A DNA stretch of 64,000 bases from Flavobacteriales bacterium (GCA_026418175.1 JAOABX010000001.1:68957-132956), one strand, 5' to 3'; counted from the first letter of the stretch, positions 1 through 10,740 are shown. Made by a program: numbers and translations. Notes: generated by a model not told the origin, from the sequence alone.

Positions 1-2
1 GC

Positions 3-671
3 TCTAATCCACAAATTGGTGGATATACAGCTTCAACGCATTACGATGCTGGTGCTTCAATTGTACAGCTTCTTACTGATGCAAACGGCGTTCCAGTTTC
101 CAATCCTCCGGTAGCTCAGGCGCGTAATGTATGGAGAAATTGTATGTGGGCCGGTATCCCGTTCCATGTAAAAGGTAAAACATGGCTAGACGGTGATGTG
201 CGCATTCGTTTGCGAGTATTTAAAAACTATCAACCTAAACTTTCGGCTGTTAACAGTGTAGCCAATCCTCAAAACAACAACAATCCGATGTATGAATTTG
301 GATTTGGAGATTTGGCAGCTATTACCGGAGATAATGATGCTGCTAAAGCAGCGTTGGATTTGATTCAGGTTGTCCCCAACCCATATTATGCTGCAAGTGA
401 TTATGAAACTAATCAGGTGGATAACCGTGTTAAAATTGTTAACCTTCCGGATGTTTGTACCGTTACGATTTACTCATTAAATGGTACGTTAGTACGACGC
501 TATGAAAAGAGCACTTCTGCTAAAACATCCATTGATTGGGACCTGAAAAATTATAAGAACATCCCAATTGCCAGTGGTTTGTACATTATTCATGTTAAAG
601 CTCCCGGCATAGGTGAACGAATTTTGAAATGGTACGGTGTGCTTCGTCCGTTTAGTTTAGATAACTTCTAA
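3..671 (+). CDS. C-terminal part of a T9SS cargo protein (type A CTD), 5'-truncated by window edge
   Basis: Frame is open from nt 3, upstream of the listed ATG at 144. Ends with IQVVPNPYY...VTIYSLNGTLV...WDLKN...IASGLYIIHV, a type A CTD pattern. Confidence 0.8.
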   Translation, partial: SNPQIGGYTASTHYDAGASIVQLLTDANGVPVSNPPVAQARNVWRNCMWAGIPFHVKGKTWLDGDVRIRLRVFKNYQPKLSAVNSVANPQNNNNPMYEFGFGDLAAITGDNDAAKAALDLIQVVPNPYYAASDYETNQVDNRVKIVNLPDVCTVTIYSLNGTLVRRYEKSTSAKTSIDWDLKNYKNIPIASGLYIIHVKAPGIGERILKWYGVLRPFSLDNF

Positions 672-700
672 TTGGTTAACCCATTAAAGCATAGAAGAAA

Positions 701-1789
701 ATGAAATTCATGAAATATAAAATCTGGATGTTGATTGGAGCCTTGATGGCTTCAGTGATTGCCACCCATGCCGGTAATGAAGATCGTGCCGGTTCTGCTG
801 GGTGTATGGATTTATTGGTTAATCCATGGGCCAGGAGTTCTGGTTGGCATGGCGCCAACACAGCGATTGGACGCGGCTTGGAATCACAATTCCTCAATGT
901 AGCCGGTATGGCATTTACAGAAAGGACAGAAATTTTATTTGCCCATACCCGTTGGTTGGCTGGTTCTGACATTGGAATAAATACTTTTGGTTTTAGTCAG
1001 AACCTTGGTAAAAAACGTGGAGTTTTGGGTTTAAGTGTTATGTCTTTGGGGTCTGGAGCTATTGAAGAAACAACGGTAAATTCACCGGAAGGAACTGGAA
1101 ATACCTATCAAGTAAACAACCTGAACATTGCAGCGAGTTATGCTCGTGGATTTTCAGATAAAATCTATGGGGGATTCACCATTCGTTTGATGACACAGTC
1201 CATTAGTAACATTGCTGCAACCGGGTTTACCATTGATGCAGGTATTATGTACAAAACCACGTTAGGCAAACGTGAGTTAAATAAAGATAATCTGCATTTT
1301 GGTATTACACTTAAAAACATTGGCCCACGGATGATGGCAACGGGAGATGGTTTAACAGTGTATAACGTAAGCCCGATAAATGGCGCTGTACTTACACAAC
1401 AACAACGCTCCGCTGAATTTGAGCTTCCAGCTTTGATGAATATTGGGATAGCTTATGTTTATCGGTTTACTAAAAAGCATGGATTAACCACAGCCTTTAA
1501 TTTTACCACCCATTCTTTTACACGCGACCAGTTTATTTTAGGATTGGAATATAATTTCAATAATATGTTGATGTTGCGTGGTGGCTATGCATTTGAAGAA
1601 GGAATTTTTGGTGAACGTGATGGGGTAAATCCTAACTTGCTTAATGCCTTTACAGGTCCAAGCGGAGGTTTTACTTTTGAAGCTCCTTTTAAGAAAAATG
1701 GTAAAACTAAAATCGGTTTGGATTATTCATTCAGGGCTACTTACACATTTGCAGGGGTACATACCTTTGGGGTACGCTTGCTTTTATAA
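701..1789 (+). CDS. PorV-family outer-membrane beta-barrel
   Basis: Signal peptide, N-terminal 'LLVNPWARSSG' PorV-like motif, amphipathic strands to the C-terminus; lies directly after a T9SS cargo gene. Confidence 0.75.
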   Translation: MKFMKYKIWMLIGALMASVIATHAGNEDRAGSAGCMDLLVNPWARSSGWHGANTAIGRGLESQFLNVAGMAFTERTEILFAHTRWLAGSDIGINTFGFSQNLGKKRGVLGLSVMSLGSGAIEETTVNSPEGTGNTYQVNNLNIAASYARGFSDKIYGGFTIRLMTQSISNIAATGFTIDAGIMYKTTLGKRELNKDNLHFGITLKNIGPRMMATGDGLTVYNVSPINGAVLTQQQRSAEFELPALMNIGIAYVYRFTKKHGLTTAFNFTTHSFTRDQFILGLEYNFNNMLMLRGGYAFEEGIFGERDGVNPNLLNAFTGPSGGFTFEAPFKKNGKTKIGLDYSFRATYTFAGVHTFGVRLLL

Positions 1790-1806
1790 TCTAAAAAAAT
1801 TTTTTA

Positions 1807-1814
1807 TATCTTTG
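1807..1814 (+). promoter_or_regulatory. Bacteroidota -7 promoter element (TATCTTTG) for greA
   Basis: Exact TAnnTTTG match about 65 nt upstream of the greA ATG. Confidence 0.6.
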
Positions 1815-1820
1815 TAGTGT

Positions 1821-1853
1821 AAACAGAAAGCGAAAGCTTTCTGTTTGCTTTTT
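1821..1853 (+). terminator. Perfect 11-bp hairpin with GAAA loop and T-rich tail
   Basis: AAACAGAAAGC-GAAA-GCTTTCTGTTT followed by GCTTTTT. Confidence 0.6.
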
Positions 1854-1878
1854 ATACAAAACGACCAAAAAAACTTTT

Positions 1879-2352
1879 ATGTCGAAGATAACATATTTAA
1901 CAGCCGAAGGATACAAAAAGCTCAAAGAAGAGCTTGATTACATGATTAATGTGGAGCGGCCAAAAATATCTGCACAGATTGCTGAAGCTCGTGATAAAGG
2001 AGATCTAAGCGAAAATGCCGAATATGATGCTGCCAAAGAGGCTCAAGGATTGTTGGAGTTAAAAATATCCAAACTACGTGAAACTATTAATAATGCACGT
2101 ATTCTGGAAAATGATAACACCGATGTTTCGAAAGTTTTTCTACTATGTAAGGTGAAAATTAAAAACCTTAAGAATAATGCTGTGATGGAATATCAAATTG
2201 TTTCAGAGAATGAAGCTAATTTAAAAGAAGGAAAAATATCTTCAGATTCTCCCATAGGAAAAGCATTGCTGGGCAAATCAAAAGGTGATAAAATAGAGGT
2301 ACAGGTACCCAATGGCATAATGCCCTTTGAAATTCTAGAAATTTCACGTTAA
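1879..2352 (+). CDS. greA: Transcription elongation factor GreA
   Basis: ARDKGDLSENAEYDAAKE and ISSDSPIGKALLGK motifs. Confidence 0.97.
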   Translation: MSKITYLTAEGYKKLKEELDYMINVERPKISAQIAEARDKGDLSENAEYDAAKEAQGLLELKISKLRETINNARILENDNTDVSKVFLLCKVKIKNLKNNAVMEYQIVSENEANLKEGKISSDSPIGKALLGKSKGDKIEVQVPNGIMPFEILEISR

Positions 2353-2744
2353 TGGCTTCGTTATTTACTCGCATTATTCAGGGTGAAATACCTTGTTATA
2401 AAATTGCCGAAGACGAGCATTGTATTGCATTTCTTGACATATTTCCTTTAAAAGAGGGACATACCTTGGTTGTACCTAAAAATGAAGTAGATCATTGGCT
2501 TGATCTTGATCATGAAACACAACAACATTTAATTCTTTTTGCCCAGCGTATAGGTAAAGCCATTCAAAAAGTTACTTGCTCGGAGCGTATTGGTTTAGTG
2601 ATAGCCGGATTTGAAATTCCACATGTTCATATTCATTTAATTCCAGTAAATAACATGAATGATATGAATTTTAGTAACCCTAAAATTCAGCTTACTGAGG
2701 ATCGTTTCAAAGAACTGGCATCACTCATCAAAAGCCAATTATAG
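2352..2744 (+). CDS. HIT family nucleotide hydrolase
   Basis: HVHIH triad and GHTLVVPK; overlaps greA stop (TAATG). Confidence 0.93.
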   Translation: MASLFTRIIQGEIPCYKIAEDEHCIAFLDIFPLKEGHTLVVPKNEVDHWLDLDHETQQHLILFAQRIGKAIQKVTCSERIGLVIAGFEIPHVHIHLIPVNNMNDMNFSNPKIQLTEDRFKELASLIKSQL

Positions 2745-2824
2745 TTCCTTTTTTGAAGCAATATATAAAACACTTATTGCCACAACAATAATTTCAAAAG
2801 TATAATCCATTTCATTTAATGAAA

Positions 2825-2848
2825 AAAGCAACTTTTTTAAGTTGCTTT
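2825..2848. terminator. Hairpin between convergent HIT and dnaN genes
   Basis: AAAGCAACTT-TTTT-AAGTTGCTTT. Confidence 0.65.
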
Positions 2849-2895
2849 CTATTTTAATGACTTATTAGCTTTATGCTTTTCTCTTTATACTGCCT

Positions 2896-4026
2896 TTAGT
2901 TATTCAGCATAATTGGCATTACCAGCATGGTGATATCTTCTACTTCTGAATCAATTTCGGCCGGTTTAATAATGCCTGCGCGGTTGGGCTCAGATAATTC
3001 AAACAATACATATTCACCGTCTATATTCTGTATCATTTCGATGAGGAAGCGGGAATTAAATCCGATTTCCATATCATCGCCATCATATTGACAAGTTAAC
3101 CGTTCATACGCTTCATTCGCAAAATCCAAATCTTCAGCCATTATTTGCAAATCACTTCCTGCTATTTTCAATCGAACTTGGTATGTAGTTTTATTAGAAA
3201 AGATTGAAACCCGACGAATAGCACTTAACAATGATGCCTTTTCAACCTGTAGTTTATTTGGATTGTTTTTAGGAATTACTGCTTCGAAATTGGGGAATTT
3301 CCCTTCAATCAATCGGCTTACCAATTTAAAATTACCAAATACAAATTGTACATTACTATCGCTAAAAGATACCTGTACCGTAGTTTCAAAGGTAGAAAGT
3401 ATATTTTTAAGAATATTCAGTGGCTTTTTGGGTAAAATTATTCTACTGTTCGTTGAAGCTTTAACATCTTTTCTTTTATAAAGAACTAGTTTGTGAGCGT
3501 CGGTAGCCACAAAGCTGCAGCTCTCGGTTCCCATTTCAAATAAAACCCCCGACATTACCGGACGCAATTCGTCATTACCAGTAGCGAAAATTGTTTTATG
3601 AATGGCGTGTGCCAAAGTAAGTGAGTCAATATTCACACTTCCAATGGCCTGTATTTCCGGCATACGAGGAAATTCATCGGCTTTATGCCCGGCCAGTTTG
3701 TATTTTCCACTGTCTGAAGAAACTAAAATACCGTTTGTTTTTGCATCCACCGTAAATGTTAGCGGAACATCGGCAAAGGTTTTTAAAGTATCCAGTAATA
3801 ACTTAGCCGGAATAGCAATGCTACCGTCTTTTTTGGCATTTACCTGGTCGGCACTCAATTGAGTGGATATGGTGGTTTCAAGGTCAGAACCTGAAATGGT
3901 GAGATTACCATCATGTACTTCAAACAAAAAATCATTCAAAATGGGGACGTTGCTGTTTGAACTGATAACACCACCAATAATTTGCAGTTGCTGCAAAAGG
4001 GTTTTACTGGATATGACAAAATTCAT
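2896..4026 (-). CDS. dnaN: DNA polymerase III beta clamp
   Basis: GSDLE, VATDAHKL, RLIEGKFPNFEAVIP, IGFNSRFL, MLVMPI; 376 aa. TATATTTG promoter at 4044-4051 (-). Confidence 0.97.
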   Translation of the reverse strand: MNFVISSKTLLQQLQIIGGVISSNSNVPILNDFLFEVHDGNLTISGSDLETTISTQLSADQVNAKKDGSIAIPAKLLLDTLKTFADVPLTFTVDAKTNGILVSSDSGKYKLAGHKADEFPRMPEIQAIGSVNIDSLTLAHAIHKTIFATGNDELRPVMSGVLFEMGTESCSFVATDAHKLVLYKRKDVKASTNSRIILPKKPLNILKNILSTFETTVQVSFSDSNVQFVFGNFKLVSRLIEGKFPNFEAVIPKNNPNKLQVEKASLLSAIRRVSIFSNKTTYQVRLKIAGSDLQIMAEDLDFANEAYERLTCQYDGDDMEIGFNSRFLIEMIQNIDGEYVLFELSEPNRAGIIKPAEIDSEVEDITMLVMPIMLNN

Positions 4027-4129
4027 GGTATGAATGTTTGAAGCAAATATATTATTTTTTGATGGGAGCGTACAGATAAGTTTTCGACAATCCCTTCAAC
4101 TTTTTTAGATGTTCTACTTTATGGAAAAA

Positions 4130-5146
4130 CTATTTTTTCTTTGTTGCAGATTGTGGGAAAAAATAACTGGCAGGAACTGTTACCGGATCAAAAGTAAAGT
4201 ATTGGCAAAGAACCAGCGTTTTACCATCAATAATACCATACATCCGGTCTACATCAATTTTTTCCTCGTTGCCATACATATCTACGGTACCAGGCGGCAA
4301 TGGAATTTGATAAAGAGCCACCGACCGTATGTTGCCATCAGTTTGGATAACACTTATTTTATAAATACCATATTTGGCAGTTACTGAGTCTAAGCGGGCT
4401 TTGTTAACATCAAGGAATGACTCAAATCCAATGTTTTTAAAATTTTTCATCCAATCTTTTACAGCCAAAGTGTCGAAATTATGAAGGATTGTATTTGATT
4501 TTAATAATTTAATTTCAAAACGTCCTTTGTCATGAGTTACTTCATACGATTGATCAGGTAAATTCACAAACTCCATGCGAATTTTCTGTATATCATTAAT
4601 ATGATAGGCAAATATCATGCGGTCTCTCCATTCTTCAGGCATTGGCATGAAATAGGGAGTGAGATATCCTCTAAAACCCGGGACATAGCAGATGAATGGG
4701 ATAGACGAACCTTCCAACAACATATAAGTACCCAGGTGATCTTGTGTTGGGCCACCCACATACATGGTTTTAGTTAATTTGCCTTTTTGATAGATTTCAA
4801 CTTTGGTAGAGTATACCGCCAAACTTTTTATTACATTTTCAAGTGCTGATTTCGGCACATATTGTTTTACTTCAATCCGTTTTAGCAATATCAGCAGGTC
4901 ATTGATCAAATCAACACGAGCCGGAAATTCATGGTCCACTATCCATCGCCCATTCTCTTTAGTAAGCAACACCTTGCGGTTACTTTTGTCAGCCATGAAT
5001 ATTTTGTCTATTGAGGCAGTATCCTCTACTTTAAAATCACTCAATTCGTTTTTTTGACGGCTTTTTCCGCCACAACCTGTTACCAGGGTAAACAGGGGAA
5101 GAATTATCAGAAAAAGAAGGTATTTATTTCTTTTCATACTAACCAT
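4130..5146 (-). CDS. Lipoprotein, DUF4340-like, downstream of gldG
   Basis: Lipobox LVTGC; VPGFRGYL..YF....EEWRDR resembles DUF4340; 2-nt gap after gldG. Confidence 0.6.
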   Translation of the reverse strand: MVSMKRNKYLLFLIILPLFTLVTGCGGKSRQKNELSDFKVEDTASIDKIFMADKSNRKVLLTKENGRWIVDHEFPARVDLINDLLILLKRIEVKQYVPKSALENVIKSLAVYSTKVEIYQKGKLTKTMYVGGPTQDHLGTYMLLEGSSIPFICYVPGFRGYLTPYFMPMPEEWRDRMIFAYHINDIQKIRMEFVNLPDQSYEVTHDKGRFEIKLLKSNTILHNFDTLAVKDWMKNFKNIGFESFLDVNKARLDSVTAKYGIYKISVIQTDGNIRSVALYQIPLPPGTVDMYGNEEKIDVDRMYGIIDGKTLVLCQYFTFDPVTVPASYFFPQSATKKK

Positions 5147-5148
5147 AG

Positions 5149-6834
5149 TTAAGAGGCAAATCTGCGCTTTCGAATGTAGTTATATATTAATCCAAACAAT
5201 ACAACCCAAGTAACTGGTACTATTGTATTAATTGATTTCCATTGTTGCTTTTGTTCAGATACTTTGTTCCTGTCTAGTAATCGTATACGGTATTCTTTGG
5301 AACGAAGTGGAATAAACCAACTGTCGCCGGTAAGATAATTTACACAGTTAAGTAAAAAGTTTTTATTACCTCCATAATATATTCCGGTTCTTGGATCAAG
5401 TCCAAGGGGAATAATGGATTTTGTTTTCGGATTAAACAGATTTTTGGCAATATCTCCATCGCCCACTATAATCATCTTGGTAGGCTCACTTTGTTTTTTC
5501 ACAGTACGATTACTCAGTTCCACAATTTTGTTTTCAAAAACGGATCGGAATTGGCCTTCTAATAATACCGCCACCGGCTGATGGGGTTTGTTGAAACGTT
5601 CCGGAGTAGGTTCCTGTTCTACTATGTTGAGGGCAATACGAACAGGAGCATACAATACTTTGGTAAGTTGTGAAGTAGTAAGCAATATTGTTTTTTGAAC
5701 TCCTGGAACTGAAATGGTATCTAATGTATTAGCAAATTCAAGTTTTATCGAATTAAGATTTTTTACAATAGGGTGTTTGCTATCCGGAATGATTACCGGA
5801 TAATAATACCAAGGCAAAAATTCTTGTTTATCTTGATTCCCAAAATTTCCAGTATTGATTGGAATAGGAGCACATTGAGCATCTTGTATAAGTGTAGGAT
5901 TTACACGAACACCGTATTTAAATAATTGGTCATATAGGTTTAAATCGCGGGGAATGCCTAAGGTGTAATTTGCATTTCTCATACTGTCCATGCTGGCAAA
6001 TACTTGGTCGAGCAACCATAAAACTTTGCCGCCTCGCATGATGTATTGGTCGATAATAAACTTTGAGGCATCATCAAACGCTGAATCGGGTTTTACAATA
6101 ATCAGGCAGGAAGTGGTTTGATTGATTATATCCAGATTGTTCTTTATTTCTACACCTTCTACTTCATAAAATTCACGCAAGCTCACAATCCAGTCAGCTA
6201 AATATAGCTCATTGGTTTCGCCGTGTCCGCGTGAAAAAGCAATGGTTTTCTTTTTTTCAAAATTTAAAAGTTTGTATAACGCTTTAGAAAATTCATATTC
6301 CAGTCGTTCAATGCTTTGATTCAAAACAAACTCCGGGTTTTGATTAAATTGGCTTTGCAGCAGTTGTACCGCTTCTTCCCGGCCGTTGTAAGCAATAATT
6401 GCTCCAGGGAAAATACTACGAGTGCTTCGCCCTTTTTCATCTTTTACAGTCAAGTCAGTAGGAATAAGCCCTTTATCTACCAATTCATAATAAATGTCTG
6501 CTTGTACCTTTTTGTCTTCATTTGAAAAAGGGTCTATAAATCGGTACTGAATTTTATTGCCGGCATAAAACCGAAATTCGTCCAATAATTCGCGGGTTGC
6601 ATTTTGCAACCGTTTGAATCCAACCGGAAAATCTTTTCCTTCTAAATAAACCGAGATAAGTGCCACGTCATCCATTCTGCGAAGAATGGCTTTGGTTGAA
6701 TCGCTAAGCGAAAAACGTTTTTCGGCTGTTAAGTCAAAACGTTTAAAGTGTTGAGTTGCCAGCACGTTTATTCCCAGCAATATTACCAGTCCCAGGGCTA
6801 ATTGCATTAAGTCTTTATTTCTTCTGCTATTCAT
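5149..6834 (-). CDS. gldG: Gliding motility ABC transporter component GldG
   Basis: RFDLTAEKRFSLS, SRGHGE, PVAVLLEG, MIIVGDGD, FLLNCVNYL; C-terminal TM; follows gldF. Confidence 0.92.
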   Translation of the reverse strand: MNSRRNKDLMQLALGLVILLGINVLATQHFKRFDLTAEKRFSLSDSTKAILRRMDDVALISVYLEGKDFPVGFKRLQNATRELLDEFRFYAGNKIQYRFIDPFSNEDKKVQADIYYELVDKGLIPTDLTVKDEKGRSTRSIFPGAIIAYNGREEAVQLLQSQFNQNPEFVLNQSIERLEYEFSKALYKLLNFEKKKTIAFSRGHGETNELYLADWIVSLREFYEVEGVEIKNNLDIINQTTSCLIIVKPDSAFDDASKFIIDQYIMRGGKVLWLLDQVFASMDSMRNANYTLGIPRDLNLYDQLFKYGVRVNPTLIQDAQCAPIPINTGNFGNQDKQEFLPWYYYPVIIPDSKHPIVKNLNSIKLEFANTLDTISVPGVQKTILLTTSQLTKVLYAPVRIALNIVEQEPTPERFNKPHQPVAVLLEGQFRSVFENKIVELSNRTVKKQSEPTKMIIVGDGDIAKNLFNPKTKSIIPLGLDPRTGIYYGGNKNFLLNCVNYLTGDSWFIPLRSKEYRIRLLDRNKVSEQKQQWKSINTIVPVTWVVLFGLIYNYIRKRRFAS

Positions 6835-6837
6835 GGT

Positions 6838-7566
6838 TTACCAGTTTCGTTTTTGCAATAAGGTTTTAGTACACAGCAGAAAAAACACATTGGCAGAAAT
6901 AAAATATATCACATCCCGAGTATCAATTACACCCCGGCTGATGGAAATATAATGTGAACGGATGCCCAATTCTATAAAAAACAAATTAAACGTACGAAAT
7001 ACCGGGAGATTGGCCAGCAATTGAAATCCTTCACTTACAAACAGACACATAACAAAGGCTACGAGTAAAGAAACAATTTGATTATCGGTAAGCGATGAAG
7101 CAAATATGCCAATAGAGACATAAACTGATGCCAAAAAGATAAGACCCAAATAAGAACCGGCTACAGCCCCACTATCAATATTCCCAGCCGGATTTCCCAA
7201 CGAATAGAGAGTTATATAATAAATTAACGTGGGAAAGAGGGCAAACAATACCAAAATTAATGCAGCGAGGTATTTACCCAAAATAATGGAAGTTTCACTG
7301 ACTGGTTTTGTAATAAGGCTTTCCAACGTGCCCAAGCTTTTTTCTTCGGCAAACGAACGCATGGTAATTGCCGGTATGAGTAATAAGAATACATAGGGTG
7401 CGTTTTCAAAGAATCTCGATAAATCGGCATACCCAATATCCAATAGGTTATCATCTGGCATCAGCCATAAAAACACGCTGTTTACCAATAAAAATAAAAT
7501 AACAACCAGGTATCCGGTTATCGAACTAAAAAACAAGTTGAGTTCTTTTTTTAACAGAGCAATCAC
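6838..7566 (-). CDS. gldF: Gliding motility ABC permease GldF
   Basis: LIPAITMRSFAEEK..GTLE, SSLTDNQIV, SISRGVIDTRD. TACTTTTG promoter at 7590-7597 (-). Confidence 0.93.
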   Translation of the reverse strand: MIALLKKELNLFFSSITGYLVVILFLLVNSVFLWLMPDDNLLDIGYADLSRFFENAPYVFLLLIPAITMRSFAEEKSLGTLESLITKPVSETSIILGKYLAALILVLFALFPTLIYYITLYSLGNPAGNIDSGAVAGSYLGLIFLASVYVSIGIFASSLTDNQIVSLLVAFVMCLFVSEGFQLLANLPVFRTFNLFFIELGIRSHYISISRGVIDTRDVIYFISANVFFLLCTKTLLQKRNW

Positions 7567-7629
7567 AGTGGTAAAATTCTTTCTAGCCCCAAAAGTAGTG
7601 TAAAATTTGGTAACCCTACTTATACATAT

Positions 7630-7935
7630 TTAGTCGTTTGTGGCAACGTCGATTTGCAACAGGCTAAAAGCCTGCGGCTTGTCATTAAACCAACTGCGGG
7701 TGAGTTTCCAAGTTTCTTTAAATAATTCTGATTTTCGATAGGCCTCCAAATGTTCTGCAGATTCCCATTCACTTAATGTGTAATACACATGGGAGAGTTG
7801 GTCGTCTTTTAATAATCGAAGGTAAGTACAGCCTTTAAAATTTCGTATGTATGGATATTTTTTAGAAAACATATTTAAAAAATCAGGGATATGATTTGGG
7901 TGAAAACTCATGCGTACTATACGAATTATCTTCAT
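7630..7935 (-). CDS. Antibiotic biosynthesis monooxygenase (ABM) family protein
   Basis: 101 aa; IRNFKGC..L.L, SEWESAEHLEAYRKSELF. Confidence 0.8.
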   Translation of the reverse strand: MKIIRIVRMSFHPNHIPDFLNMFSKKYPYIRNFKGCTYLRLLKDDQLSHVYYTLSEWESAEHLEAYRKSELFKETWKLTRSWFNDKPQAFSLLQIDVATND

Positions 7936-7941
7936 CGGCGA

Positions 7942-8727
7942 TTAATTGTTTTTAAATGCTACACGAATATTTGCACCTACGCCAATTTTTAAAAACTGAA
8001 GCAGGCTGCCGTTGCTCATGGCAATTTCCAAATTGCCCGAAGCATTAAATACAGCCACCAATTCACCGTTTTCTATTTCAGCATAGCTTTTTGAAATGCG
8101 GGGAATGCCGTATTCAAGGCTTCGTATATGAATAATGTATTTTCTTCCTTTACCTACTTGTTCAAACAGTTCTCGGGTGATATTGGTAATGGCATTACCA
8201 TATACATCTGAATATATAACGGTGCCTAAAATCGAATCAGCATCAATAGTGGGCCGAAACATGGTTTTTTGAATAAGCCCAATCGTTGGTCTCCCAATCT
8301 CATCTGGCTTTTTTCCATTGGCCAGTGCAGCCATCACCGGAACAAAAACTTCCAACGCCGGAAATGTTCCATCTGATCCTTCCAGGTGTGAAATGTCAAA
8401 AATCTTTTCCGGCTGATGGTCAAAGGCTAAAGAAAAAACCCCATTATCTGTTCCAACAAAATACTGGCCTTCATGTTCAAATACCACGTGCCTGCTTTCA
8501 AAGTCCAATCGGGTGTTTACTGCCACCATGTGGATGGTTCCTGCCGGAAACAACCGATAACTGTTACGAAGCATATATCCGGCCGGCAGTATGCCTTGTT
8601 CCAGCGTAATAGCATGAGTAATGTCAATGACAATAGCCCCTGGAATAAAACGATAAATGGCACCCTTTAACACTCCGGTATAATAATCAGAATGCCCCAT
8701 ATCTGATATCAGGGTTATTATGGCCAC
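7942..8727 (-). CDS. SAM hydroxide adenosyltransferase / halogenase family (DUF62)
   Basis: IITLISDMG, IDITH, FPAGTIH, YFVGTDNG, DVYGNAITNI, LEIAMSNG. Confidence 0.88.
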   Translation of the reverse strand: MAIITLISDMGHSDYYTGVLKGAIYRFIPGAIVIDITHAITLEQGILPAGYMLRNSYRLFPAGTIHMVAVNTRLDFESRHVVFEHEGQYFVGTDNGVFSLAFDHQPEKIFDISHLEGSDGTFPALEVFVPVMAALANGKKPDEIGRPTIGLIQKTMFRPTIDADSILGTVIYSDVYGNAITNITRELFEQVGKGRKYIIHIRSLEYGIPRISKSYAEIENGELVAVFNASGNLEIAMSNGSLLQFLKIGVGANIRVAFKNN

Positions 8728-8805
8728 GTTTCAAAATTACATCAAAAACATAGCAAGATTTCGGCTAGGAAAAGCTATTTTTGAGCAGTTAATATTGAAT
8801 AAGTT

Positions 8806-9759
8806 TTGAGCGAAAAAATCATCATTGTTGATTCGTTAGACCCTGTTCATTTTTATGGGGTACATAACGAAAACCTAAAATTCATCAAAAAACATTTCCC
8901 TAAGTTACAAATCGTAGCCCGGGGCAATGAGTTGAAGTTGATGGGTACTGAAGATGAAATTGAAGATTTTCAGGAAAAATTTTTGGCTTTGCTGAATTAT
9001 TATGAAAAGTACAGCAAGTTAGACGAAGAAGCGATTCATTCCATTTGCTCTGAAAACGACCGTGAATTTATTAAGGAAAGAAGCCCAGAAAGCAATACTA
9101 TTCTGTATGGTAACGATGGCCTGGTGATTAAGCCACGTACTCAAACCCAGTTAAAACTGGTGGAAGCCATTGATAGTAACGATTTGGTATTTGCTGTTGG
9201 ACCGGCTGGTACAGGAAAAACATATGTTGCAGTTGCAATGGCTGTAAAGGCTTTGAAAGCCAAACAAATTCGACGCATCATATTAACTCGACCAGCTGTG
9301 GAGGCAGGAGAGAACCTGGGTTTTCTTCCCGGTGATTTGAATGAAAAATTAGCCCCATATCTTCAGCCGCTGTATGATGCGCTGCGGGACATGATTCCGG
9401 CTGAAAAACTACGTATGTACAATGAAACCGGGGTCATTCAGGTTGCTCCTTTAGCCTATATGCGTGGCCGAACGCTCGATAATGCATTTGTGATTTTGGA
9501 TGAAGCACAAAATGCTACTTCCAATCAAATGAAGATGTTTTTAACGCGAATGGGGAAATCAGCTAAATTTGTGGTAACTGGTGATATTACCCAAATTGAC
9601 CTTCCCCGCAATCAACGTTCAGGCTTGCCTGAAGCAATGAAGTTGTTAGAAAAAGTGAAGGGAATCAGTTTTATTCATTTTCATGAAAAAGATGTGGTAC
9701 GTCACGAACTGGTGAAAAAAATTCTGAATGCCTACAACAAATATGAAATCATGAAATAA
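8806..9759 (+). CDS. PhoH-family ATPase
   Basis: GPAGTGKT, TRPAVEAGENLGFLPG, YMRGRTL, ILDEAQN, TGDITQIDL. TATTTTTG promoter at 8776-8783. Confidence 0.95.
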   Translation: MSEKIIIVDSLDPVHFYGVHNENLKFIKKHFPKLQIVARGNELKLMGTEDEIEDFQEKFLALLNYYEKYSKLDEEAIHSICSENDREFIKERSPESNTILYGNDGLVIKPRTQTQLKLVEAIDSNDLVFAVGPAGTGKTYVAVAMAVKALKAKQIRRIILTRPAVEAGENLGFLPGDLNEKLAPYLQPLYDALRDMIPAEKLRMYNETGVIQVAPLAYMRGRTLDNAFVILDEAQNATSNQMKMFLTRMGKSAKFVVTGDITQIDLPRNQRSGLPEAMKLLEKVKGISFIHFHEKDVVRHELVKKILNAYNKYEIMK

Positions 9760-10707
9760 ATGATGAATACCATTTTTCAAACCAATTTTCAGTTTCCGAG
9801 CCAAACCGGTATATATCATGGCAAGGTACGCGATGTTTATTCTATTGAGAAAGATTTGCTGGTAATGATCGCTACAGACCGTATATCTGCCTTCGATGTG
9901 GTGCTTCCCCGCCAGATTCCCTTCAAAGGGCAAGTGCTAAATAGTATTGCCACCACATTTTTAGAGCAAACACGGCATATTGTTCCTAACTGGTTTATTC
10001 GCTCTCCACATCCTAATGTAAGTATTGGTCATAAAGCAGTGCCATACAAAGTTGAAATGGTAATTCGGGGATATCTTACCGGACATGCCTGGCGTGAATA
10101 TAACAGTGGCAAGCGAATGCTTTGCGGGGTAGTGCTTCCCGAAGGAATGAAAGAAAATGACCCTTTCCCGGAACCTATCATTACGCCGGCTACCAAAGCT
10201 GATGAAGGACATGACATGGATATTTCCAGAGATGAAATCATCCGGCAGGGCATTGTGCCAGAAGCAGAGTATCTCCAATTGGAAGAATATACGCGTAAAC
10301 TCTATGCCTTTGGAGTAGAGTATGCAAGACAGCGAGGGCTTATATTGGTGGATACCAAATATGAGTTTGGAAAACGGAATGGTGAAATTATATTGATTGA
10401 CGAAGTACACACGCCCGATTCCTCCCGTTATTTTTATTTAGAAGGGTATGAAGAAAATCAAAAGAAAGGACTGCCACAAAAACAACTTTCCAAAGAATTT
10501 GTACGTCAATGGCTGATTGAAAATGGATTTCAGGGAAAAGAAGGACAAAAAATTCCTGAAATGACCGACGAATATGTAGAAACGGTAAGTCAGCGATACA
10601 TTCATTTGTATGAAATCATCACCGGAAAATCCTTTGTGGGAGAGCCAATAGATGGAGTTTTTGAAAAAACAGTGGCTGCACTTCGTGAAATTTCTGTTCA
10701 TGCCTGA
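9760..10707 (+). CDS. purC: SAICAR synthase
   Basis: [34 protein letters not shown]. Confidence 0.96.
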   Translation: MMNTIFQTNFQFPSQTGIYHGKVRDVYSIEKDLLVMIATDRISAFDVVLPRQIPFKGQVLNSIATTFLEQTRHIVPNWFIRSPHPNVSIGHKAVPYKVEMVIRGYLTGHAWREYNSGKRMLCGVVLPEGMKENDPFPEPIITPATKADEGHDMDISRDEIIRQGIVPEAEYLQLEEYTRKLYAFGVEYARQRGLILVDTKYEFGKRNGEIILIDEVHTPDSSRYFYLEGYEENQKKGLPQKQLSKEFVRQWLIENGFQGKEGQKIPEMTDEYVETVSQRYIHLYEIITGKSFVGEPIDGVFEKTVAALREISVHA

Positions 10708-10740
10708 AATGAATAGCCTTCAATAGCGTTATCACAACAC

